From contig SUPR01000126.1 in NCBI GenBank assembly GCA_005191425.1, positions 1 to 8,283 on the forward strand: 8,283 nt of DNA. Reading direction: 5' to 3'. Origin of the DNA: Candidatus Helarchaeota ASGARD archaeon Hel_GB_B (GTDB lineage: Archaea; Asgardarchaeota; Lokiarchaeia; Helarchaeales; HEL-GB-B). Below, piece by piece: positions 1 to 6,594 of the stretch. Each line of letters begins with the position of its first letter. Positions within the stretch are counted from its first letter, which is position 1. Under the pieces are notes generated by a model that was given only the letters and a program-made list of their open reading frames with translations, searched no databases and had not been told where the DNA came from. The translations under genes and the position numbers were made by a program.

Positions 1-2507
1 TGTGCTTGTTTAATGTCTGAATCATTATTTGGATAGATTGATTGACAAGAGTTGTTTATAAGATTAATAATGCAACGTCTTATTCGTTCTCTATCGATTT
101 CAATTGTAACATTGCTCGAAAATTTTGTTTTAAATTTAATAGATGTTGGTATTGTAAAATCTTGAAAATTATCATTTAACCATTCATCAATAACGGTACG
201 TTCTTTATATAAATCTTTTGATCTTGTATAGTCCAATAATTCATTAATTATAAAATCACATCTTTTAATATTACGGTCTGCCCTTTCTATAATTAAATTT
301 AAATCTGTATTTTTATTGCCTAAACGTCGGATTATGGAATATAAAGAAGATTTTATTGTACCTAAAGGATTTCTTAATTCATGACTGACGGTTGCAGTAA
401 GACTTCCAAGTGCTGCTAATTTTTCTTTAAATACAAGCTCTTTTTGTGCATTTTCTAGTTGTTCGGTCCTTTTTTTAACAAGTGTTTCAAGTATTGCAGC
501 TTGATTTTCTAAAACAATTTCACGATCTTGGTAGTAATTTATTTTTTTTCTCATTTCATCAGGGCTTATTTTTAAATTAGAAAGTATTTCTGCATAGACA
601 GTTGATAATTTATCGGATTCATATTTTGTGAAAAAACAAGCTTTTTTTACAGCTTTATGGGCAGACGATGCTCCAATAGACCCTGATAGTATTCTCTCGA
701 TATTTGATGTTAAATATGACAATTCAATTATTGATATTTTGTTTTTATTTGATATTCCAATATTATCAAGGCATTTTTTGATTATTTTAGAAACAGTATT
801 AGATGAAAAGTATTGATTAAGTAGCTTTTCAGCTGCATATAATTTATCGGATAAATTTATGTGAGGAGGTAACTGAATTTGATATTCCCCTGAAGCGGTT
901 ATTTTAAAAATGTCTATAAAGTTATTTGCAATAATTTGCTCTTCTTGTGATTGTTTAATAAATAATGAAATAATTATGTAAGCGGATATATTCAATAATA
1001 GGGACCAAAATACTGCATGAGTTAATGGTTCAGATATAACTAATCCAAATAGTTGTTCCGGTTTTAATAATTCTAATCCAAATGGGCCGTATGATAAAAT
1101 TGACCGGGATAACCATCCACTTCTTATAAAAGATGGAATTACGAGTGTATATATCCAAGTAAGAAAGCCTAAAGTTAAACCAAAAAATGCTCCCCATTTA
1201 TTGCCTTTATGCCAAAATAACCCACCCAAAATTACTGGAGTAAATTGAAGTATTGCAACGAATGAAATAGAAACAATATTAACAAGCAGATAAGATCTTT
1301 CAATATGTAATTCAAACCAATAACCAGCTAATATAAAGAATGCAACCGAAATCCATCTGCAATATAATAGATTTTTTTTAATTATGGCTAAAAATTTAAA
1401 ATTTCCTATTAATGGTAAGATTATATGGTTAGTTAACATAGTTGCCATTGTCATTGAACTGATTATAATCATTCCGGAAGCAGCAGAAAATCCCCCCAAA
1501 AAAACAATTAAGCTCATAAAATTATTTCCTAAATCAACGGGTAATTTTAATAACAATATGTCAGAGCCTTGCGGTAGATATCCACTAAGTAGGCCTGAAA
1601 TTGCTAAAGGTAATATAAAGATGGCAAAAATAAACATATATAATGGAATAAACCAAAGAGCAGTTTTTATATGGTTTTCATTTCTATTTTCAATAACTGC
1701 AATATGAAATTGCCTGGGGAGGAATAAAAATGTAGGTAAAGCTATAATAAAATATGTTATCCATTCAGTAAATGAAAACATTTCAGGCCTAATAAAATTT
1801 GAATGTTCTTTTAGCGAGCTGTTGAAGTATTGATTAAATATATCATAAAAACCGTTAAATAAATAATGTGTAACATAGTAACCCACCAAAATAAATGCAA
1901 TTAACTTTATTATTCCTTCAAATGCGACAGAAGCAATAATACCAGGATGTCTTTCTGTCGGATCTAGTCTTCTTACGCCAATTATAATTGTAAAAATTGT
2001 CATTAAAAAAACAACAATTAACCCCTCATAATGAATTAAAATGTTCCTATGCATGTCTGTTGTTCCGGCAATAAGATCAAATGTTGTAATAATGGAACGC
2101 AATTGAAGGGAAATGTAAGGTGTAATACCAATAAATGCTATCAATGTAACAAGTGCTGCAATGACTGTGGATTTATTATAGCGGGCTGAAATAAAGTCAG
2201 CTATACTTGTTATTGAATATTGGTTTTTTATATAAATAAGCTTTCTAATAATAATCCACCAAAATGGTGATGAGATAACCGTTGCTAAAAAAAATGTATA
2301 AGAAAGTAATCCTGAATTAGTGGCAAAACCAACAAGACCATAGAATGACCAAGATGCGATATATACTGTTAACGATAATGAATAAATAAATGGGTTGTTA
2401 TAAATAAAATTTTGTAAACGTGACTTTTTTTCAGCAGTCAAACCAAGTACAAAGAGTGTTCCTATATAAATGAGGATAATAGTGACTATAATAAAAGGAG
2501 AAAACAT
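1..2507 (-). CDS. Sodium:solute symporter (SLC5/SSS)-STAC-histidine kinase fusion, CbrA/CrbS-like; 3'-partial (runs off base 1)
   Basis: Manual translation from ATG at 2507 (MFSPFIIVTIILIYIG...) is open for 835 codons to the window edge; it is absent from the ORF track because its stop lies outside the window. SLC5 motifs typical of CbrA/CrbS: YSLSLTVYIASWSFYGLVG, ITSIADFISARYNKS, GITPYISLQL, GVRRLDPTERHPGIIASVAFEGIIKL, FLPRQFHIAVIEN, GGFSAASGMIII. STAC-like ERILSGSIGASSAH at 698-657. Signalling helix LETLVKKRTEQLE. H-box VSHELRNPL (His709, codon 383-381). N-box RIRRCIINLINNSCQSI near bases 36-86. Confidence 0.93.
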   Translation of the reverse strand, partial: MFSPFIIVTIILIYIGTLFVLGLTAEKKSRLQNFIYNNPFIYSLSLTVYIASWSFYGLVGFATNSGLLSYTFFLATVISSPFWWIIIRKLIYIKNQYSITSIADFISARYNKSTVIAALVTLIAFIGITPYISLQLRSIITTFDLIAGTTDMHRNILIHYEGLIVVFLMTIFTIIIGVRRLDPTERHPGIIASVAFEGIIKLIAFILVGYYVTHYLFNGFYDIFNQYFNSSLKEHSNFIRPEMFSFTEWITYFIIALPTFLFLPRQFHIAVIENRNENHIKTALWFIPLYMFIFAIFILPLAISGLLSGYLPQGSDILLLKLPVDLGNNFMSLIVFLGGFSAASGMIIISSMTMATMLTNHIILPLIGNFKFLAIIKKNLLYCRWISVAFFILAGYWFELHIERSYLLVNIVSISFVAILQFTPVILGGLFWHKGNKWGAFFGLTLGFLTWIYTLVIPSFIRSGWLSRSILSYGPFGLELLKPEQLFGLVISEPLTHAVFWSLLLNISAYIIISLFIKQSQEEQIIANNFIDIFKITASGEYQIQLPPHINLSDKLYAAEKLLNQYFSSNTVSKIIKKCLDNIGISNKNKISIIELSYLTSNIERILSGSIGASSAHKAVKKACFFTKYESDKLSTVYAEILSNLKISPDEMRKKINYYQDREIVLENQAAILETLVKKRTEQLENAQKELVFKEKLAALGSLTATVSHELRNPLGTIKSSLYSIIRRLGNKNTDLNLIIERADRNIKRCDFIINELLDYTRSKDLYKERTVIDEWLNDNFQDFTIPTSIKFKTKFSSNVTIEIDRERIRRCIINLINNSCQSIYPNNDSDIKQA

Positions 2508-2508
2508 A

Positions 2509-2742
2509 TTAATATTCTTGTTTACTTGGATATTTTATATTGGGTGTGTCGAAACTTTTACTGATAAAAAATAGAAGTAGATTGATAATGAACCATGTTA
2601 TTAGGAGATAAAGATATAAATGCCACTGTGTTATTTTCTTAGATTGGATAATAAAAGGCCATGTAAATACGAGTAATGTAAATATAAAAAATATTAAATG
2701 GAATTCTATTTGTTTTAGAAGATATTTAAGGGCATTTAACAT
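2509..2742 (-). CDS. Small two-TM membrane protein (77 aa), candidate accessory subunit of the downstream SLC5-kinase
   Basis: ORF track. Two hydrophobic segments (FHLIFFIFTLLVFTWPFII; LYLYLLITWFIINLLLFFIS). Its stop is 1 nt before the SLC5-kinase ATG (TAA-T-ATG) and its start is 6 nt after the restored PilZ stop. Confidence 0.75.
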   Translation of the reverse strand: MLNALKYLLKQIEFHLIFFIFTLLVFTWPFIIQSKKITQWHLYLYLLITWFIINLLLFFISKSFDTPNIKYPSKQEY

Positions 2743-2748
2743 AAAAAA

Positions 2749-3152
2749 TTATAATAAACCTAATTGCCGATGAATATATTTATCAAGAATATTTTTATCT
2801 TGTTCTTTAATTACTGTATAACAAATACCTATATCATAGAGATTTTCATTAATTAACTCTACCCTAACAACAACTCCAACAATCTTTAATGGAAATGAGT
2901 CATGTCTGTCAAACACTTCATAATATTTAGATTTGAATGTTCGCCATCCTGGTAGGTTTAATTCTATTTTTAAAACATCGTCGACATTGTATTTTTTTTG
3001 GATTCAATTAAAATTCCTCCAGCGCTTATATTTTTAGACATCGTTGATTTAATTTCATCAACAACCGTTTGGGACGAATATTTTTTACACTTAATTACAT
3101 TTCTTGATTTAATCCTGACATATTTACGGCGTTCATTAAAATCTTTTGACAT
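2749..3152 (-). pseudogene. PilZ-domain (c-di-GMP receptor) gene interrupted by a 1-nt frameshift at an A8 run; 134 aa if restored
   Basis: Frame 1 (3152-2970) carries RxxxR (ERRKYVR) and NxSxxG (NISAGG). The shifted frame from 2991 reads YNVDDVLKIELNLPGW...PLKIVGVVVRVELINENLYDIGICYTVIKEQDKNILDKYIHRQLGLL* to TAA at 2751-2749, a typical PilZ C-terminal half. The span is 404 nt; one extra A gives 135 codons. Confidence 0.88.
2992..2999 (-). repeat. A8 homopolymer at the PilZ frameshift site (TCC AAA AAA AAT)
   Basis: Plus strand shows t x8 at 2992-2999. It lies inside the 31-nt interval (3003-2973) where both reading frames are open. Confidence 0.8.
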
Positions 3153-3191
3153 TAAATTCCCGTTTTAAAAAAATGGTTTAAAATAATATGT

Positions 3192-3449
3192 TTATTCATC
3201 AATTGTTTTAAAAACTTTATCATTAATATGTACTGATGAATTAAATTTTATGCCGACAGAGTCACCAGAATTTGCTATCTCAACTTTTTCATGTTCTATC
3301 TGCATTGAGTCAATAGCTTGAGTGAAATCATCATGTGCACCTTTGACATGTATTTTATCGCCTAATTTAAGAGTATCTGTTAATTCTATAATACCAACTG
3401 ATATTTTATTGAAAACATGAGTTATTTGTCCTATTTGTTTTTCTGTCAT
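3192..3449 (-). CDS. Stand-alone translation-elongation-factor-like beta-barrel protein (EF-Tu domain II / U32 peptidase C-terminal-like), 85 aa
   Basis: ORF track. Pattern IGQITHVFNKISVGIIEL..LKLGDKIHVKG..DFTQAIDSMQIEHEKV..A.SGDSVGIK matches small 'translation elongation factor-like' proteins as recalled. Strong SD GGAGGT at 3460-3455. Confidence 0.8.
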   Translation of the reverse strand: MTEKQIGQITHVFNKISVGIIELTDTLKLGDKIHVKGAHDDFTQAIDSMQIEHEKVEIANSGDSVGIKFNSSVHINDKVFKTIDE

Positions 3450-3454
3450 AAAAT

Positions 3455-3460
3455 ACCTCC
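3455..3460 (-). promoter_or_regulatory. Shine-Dalgarno site (GGAGGT) for the 85-aa gene
   Basis: Plus strand acctcc at 3455-3460, 5 nt upstream of the ATG at 3449. Confidence 0.8.
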
Positions 3461-3494
3461 ATTAAATATATAACATATTTATATGTTTAAAAAT

Positions 3495-3998
3495 TTAATT
3501 ATTTTTGTTTGTATAGTATTTTTCATGCAAGATTTTTATTTGCTTTTCTAGGTTTGCTTTAACTAGATTAATTTCTTCGATTTTAATCTTAGCTCTCTGA
3601 AGTTCATCAGATATCTTAATATTCGCTTGTAAAAGAGATAACATATCAGTACCACCTAATTGGTTTACATCAACGGGTGGTTTAGATATATTTTGGGGTT
3701 TATCTAGGATAGAATCAGGAGTTGCGGTTTGAAATAAAGCTTCTTCTTCTTTTTTCTTAAGGCTTTGTTCGAGAAGTAATTTGTCGATGTCTGTCTGTAA
3801 ATTATTTTTTTCAATTTTTAGTAATTGAACATTATATTTTAATTTATCAATTTTTGCTTGGTATAAAATGCGTTCTTGCTCTAATGTATTTTTATGATAT
3901 ATATAAATTCCTAAACTTATTATGATTGAGATAAATAAAATAATTACAATTAAAGCAGAACCTTTTTTAGATGTTAAATAGATATGTAATTTTCTCAT
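3495..3998 (-). CDS. Membrane-anchored coiled-coil protein with a PilX/GspK-like class III signal peptide (167 aa)
   Basis: ORF track. N-terminus SKKG|SALIVIILFISIIISLGIYIY has basic residues, Gly and a hydrophobic helix with no Glu+5. It is followed by two heptad-rich segments separated by a Pro-containing linker (TPDSILDKPQNISKPPVD). Confidence 0.65.
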   Translation of the reverse strand: MRKLHIYLTSKKGSALIVIILFISIIISLGIYIYHKNTLEQERILYQAKIDKLKYNVQLLKIEKNNLQTDIDKLLLEQSLKKKEEEALFQTATPDSILDKPQNISKPPVDVNQLGGTDMLSLLQANIKISDELQRAKIKIEEINLVKANLEKQIKILHEKYYTNKNN

Positions 3999-4073
3999 TT
4001 TGGATTAAACTTATTTTATTTATTTAAAAATACTAAGATAAATTTAGTTATTCAAAAGCTATTATTATAATAT

Positions 4074-4101
4074 ATTATACATCCTTGTTTTTAATGTTCA
4101 A
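4074..4101 (-). promoter_or_regulatory. Putative sigma70-type promoter: -35 TTGAAC, 16-nt spacer, -10 TATAAT
   Basis: Plus strand gttcaa at 4096-4101 and attata at 4074-4079, inside the only long intergenic gap (3999-4128). AT-richness makes chance matches likely. Confidence 0.4.
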
Positions 4102-4128
4102 TGGAGTATTTATTTTATACTAAATATA

Positions 4129-4500
4129 TTATTGTTTTAATAGGTTTCGAACCTTTTCCAATAGCTCTGTACTTTCAAACGGTTTTGCCAAAATTAATTC
4201 GCCTGCTAATCTATTTTTAATAAATTCTGATTCTTCTACAGATATTACGCCTGTTAAATAAAGAATTGGTATTTTGGATGTACTTTCGTCTGATTTCAAT
4301 CGCTCACGCATTACCCCACCAGGCATTTTGTCCATCATTAAATCAGAAATTATGAGATCTGGGGTTTCATTTTTTGCTTTTTCTAAGCCAACGGTACCAT
4401 CATTGGCTGTGATTACATCATAATCATTGTTCTCTAAAACACATTTAACAAGTTCTCTTACTTCTTTTTCATCGTCTACTACTAATATCTTCTTTTTCAT
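4129..4500 (-). CDS. Single-domain response regulator (REC, CheY-like); start probably the second ATG at 4500 (123 aa) rather than 4503
   Basis: VVDD acidic pocket, phosphoacceptor Asp in IISD, Thr in LYLT, Lys in AKPF; no output domain. SD AGGAGG at 4511-4506 is 5 nt from ATG 4500 but only 2 nt from ATG 4503. Confidence 0.92.
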   Translation of the reverse strand: MKKKILVVDDEKEVRELVKCVLENNDYDVITANDGTVGLEKAKNETPDLIISDLMMDKMPGGVMRERLKSDESTSKIPILYLTGVISVEESEFIKNRLAGELILAKPFESTELLEKVRNLLKQ

Positions 4501-4514
4501 CATAGCCTCCTTAT

Positions 4515-4880
4515 TTATATCAATTTTTTTATAGTTTCTAATAATTCAGGATATTCGAAAGGTTTTGCAATACAAGCGTCTGCTTGGACTTTATCTTCAT
4601 TACGAGCAACATTATCAAGACCGCTTGTAGCGGTCATTAATATTATTGGAATATGACACCATGATTCATTTTTTTTAATTGTTTTACATAATTCAAATCC
4701 ATTGACTTTTGGTAAAATTATATCCAGTATAATCAAATCAGGGTTAAATGTATTTAATTTTTTTAAAGCGTCGTTCCCATCATAAGAACTTATAGTATTA
4801 TACCCATCTTCTTCTAAACGTGTCTTAATCATTTCATTTATATCAAAATCATCTTCAATGATTAGTATGGTCTTTTTCAT
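4515..4880 (-). CDS. Single-domain response regulator (REC, CheY-like), 121 aa
   Basis: IIEDD, D53 (ILDIILPKVNG), T83, K106 (AKPF); no output domain. SD GAGGA at 4893-4889, 8 nt upstream of the ATG. Overlaps the upstream gene by 26 nt. Confidence 0.93.
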   Translation of the reverse strand: MKKTILIIEDDFDINEMIKTRLEEDGYNTISSYDGNDALKKLNTFNPDLIILDIILPKVNGFELCKTIKKNESWCHIPIILMTATSGLDNVARNEDKVQADACIAKPFEYPELLETIKKLI

Positions 4881-5394
4881 TATTTATATCCTCATTATCT
4901 AATGTTTTTTTTATTGAATATTCAGGGAAAAGTCTCAATAAATGCATTTGTCCATTTTTTGATAAAATAATCTCATTTGTTTTAATTTGAACAATTTTAA
5001 AGCCTAATATTGTGTTGCCTTGTTTATAAAGTTTCTCATTTATAATAGCAAATGGTTCACCTTTATGCCACATAATACCTAAAAATTTTAAATCAGACAA
5101 ATTAGTTTGTGGTTTTTCAATATCTGGTATTGGCTTTTTAAAGGGATCTTTAACAACATTGTTTTCTATATCTTGTTTTAATACGTCGATTCTATTAGAG
5201 ATTTTAATTAGCTCGTTTTTATTAATATAATTTATTATAGTACTATTTTTTTTATTATCGGTAATTTTACTTTCTTTTAAAATTATGTTTTTATGATTAT
5301 CTTTATTTAAAAAATGGGGGATTATGTAAAATAATAAAAATATAACAAAAAAAATCAGTGTGAATATTCCAATTAATTTTTCACGTTTAGTCAT
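4855..5394 (-). CDS. PilP/GspB/GspC-HR-like pilus or secretion assembly protein with an N-terminal TM anchor (179 aa)
   Basis: Fourth gene after pilMNO. KDPFKKP resembles the PilP RDPF motif. C-terminal beta domain LKFLGIMWHKGEPFAIINEKLYKQGNTILGFKIVQIKTNEIIL. No cysteine, so not a lipoprotein. Confidence 0.7.
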   Translation of the reverse strand: MTKREKLIGIFTLIFFVIFLLFYIIPHFLNKDNHKNIILKESKITDNKKNSTIINYINKNELIKISNRIDVLKQDIENNVVKDPFKKPIPDIEKPQTNLSDLKFLGIMWHKGEPFAIINEKLYKQGNTILGFKIVQIKTNEIILSKNGQMHLLRLFPEYSIKKTLDNEDINNEKDHTNH

Positions 5395-5426
5395 AAAATT
5401 TAAAATAAAATTAACTTATATTAGTA

Positions 5427-6008
5427 TTATTCATGCTCATTGTTTAAAAAAACAGCATTAACTGTTAAAGATATATCTAGCTGTGGGTATATTTTATCAT
5501 TTAGTTTTATCGATAATTTATCTATACCGGACAATAATTTTGATGCAGTTATATTTAAAAGTAAATTTATAAGTTCATAATAATTAGAGGTAAATTGTAT
5601 ATTTGTAGGTAAAATTTCATAGTTGTCAATTTTTTTAGAGTTTAATGGCTTGACCATTCCTAATTCAATTTTACATGAATCAGCCATTTTAAAAAGCTCC
5701 TGGGTTAATAAAGGAACATTTTTATCTTGTATTACATGTTTTTTCAAGGAGTTTATGTATGAATCGATATATTTTATTTTCTCTTGTATTAACTGGATAT
5801 CATTTTTAATATTCTTTGACCTTTTTGTTATTTCCTCTTGCATAGCAGTATTATAATGAATATCAATATAATTTATTTGTTCTTTTAAATCATTTAATGA
5901 AATCAATTTGGGTCGGATATCAACAAAAAAGAAAACAAACGAACATATTAGTAATACTAGAGTTATATTGATTACAGAATTTTTATAAATATTTTTCACA
6001 ATGTTCAT
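5427..6008 (-). CDS. pilO: Type IV pilus assembly protein PilO (GspM-like), 193 aa
   Basis: N-terminal TM, coiled coil, then VPLLTQELFKMADSCKIELGMVKP and YEILPTNIQFTSNYYELINLL; follows pilM and pilN. Confidence 0.82.
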   Translation of the reverse strand: MNIVKNIYKNSVINITLVLLICSFVFFFVDIRPKLISLNDLKEQINYIDIHYNTAMQEEITKRSKNIKNDIQLIQEKIKYIDSYINSLKKHVIQDKNVPLLTQELFKMADSCKIELGMVKPLNSKKIDNYEILPTNIQFTSNYYELINLLLNITASKLLSGIDKLSIKLNDKIYPQLDISLTVNAVFLNNEHE

Positions 6009-6033
6009 TTCTTAATAGTATTAGTTTAACTGT

Positions 6034-6579
6034 TTATATAAGATCACAAATTATTTTAAAAGATATATTACTATTTTTTTCATTTAAAACCTTTTTCATT
6101 GACGTCAATTTTATGTCACTAAGGTAAGGTATTTTTTTTAATTCTATCATAAATTCACTGACGAGATTTGTATTAGGTGAAAAACCGTTTATTTCACATA
6201 TCCTTTTTTGGCTATCTATTAAATAACTGTTTAACCAGATTTGGTCTCCAACAGTATTACTAATTGATATTAGTATATTTCTATAATTGAATTTGTTGTC
6301 AATTAAATGTAAAAAGAATTTATTTTTATCAACAAAACTTGATATATTATTATTAATTAAATCAATTTCGTTTTGTAGATTACTGTTTGTAATTTTATTA
6401 AATTTCATTTTAATTAAATATAATTGTTGCTGAAGTGTATAAACTTTAGTAGAAAATAAAAAATGAATGGAAAACAATATTATGAAAAAAACTATAAAAC
6501 ATGTTATATATAAATTACGTATTCGTAATTTATGTTGCTTTAAAATAAAATCATCTGGTATTAAATTTATATTTTTCAT
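6034..6579 (-). CDS. pilN: Type IV pilus assembly protein PilN, 181 aa
   Basis: N-terminal INLIP (the PilM-binding INLLP motif), single TM, coiled coil, then IWLNSY and INGFS segments; directly follows pilM. Confidence 0.88.
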   Translation of the reverse strand: MKNINLIPDDFILKQHKLRIRNLYITCFIVFFIILFSIHFLFSTKVYTLQQQLYLIKMKFNKITNSNLQNEIDLINNNISSFVDKNKFFLHLIDNKFNYRNILISISNTVGDQIWLNSYLIDSQKRICEINGFSPNTNLVSEFMIELKKIPYLSDIKLTSMKKVLNEKNSNISFKIICDLI

Positions 6580-6594
6580 AAAAAAAGATAATTT

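Noticed and set aside
628-816. Plus-strand 62-aa ORF
   Set aside because: Antisense shadow of the STAC region of the SLC5-kinase; no SD or recognisable motif.
1384-1707. Plus-strand 107-aa ORF
   Set aside because: Antisense shadow within the SLC5 domain, whose minus-strand frame carries strong family motifs.
2975-2990. Imperfect palindrome around GTCGAC as a frameshift-stimulating hairpin
   Set aside because: Short stem with a mismatch and a wobble pair, abutting the slippery site with no spacer.
3015-3020. GGAGGA as an internal SD stimulating -1 frameshifting
   Set aside because: It is 15 nt from the A run, longer than the dnaX-type spacing, and is explained by the conserved Gly-Gly of NISAGG.
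2970-3152. 60-aa ORF as a complete protein
   Set aside because: It is only the N-terminal half of a PilZ domain; the rest is in the -1 frame and ends at 2749.
3472-3487. Perfect inverted repeat AACATAT-N2-ATATGTT in the intergenic gap (operator or terminator)
   Set aside because: A 7-bp AT-rich arm is expected by chance at this composition, the 2-nt loop is too short for a terminator, and there is no second copy in the window.
5623-5856. Plus-strand 77-aa ORF
   Set aside because: Entirely antisense to pilO; no independent support.
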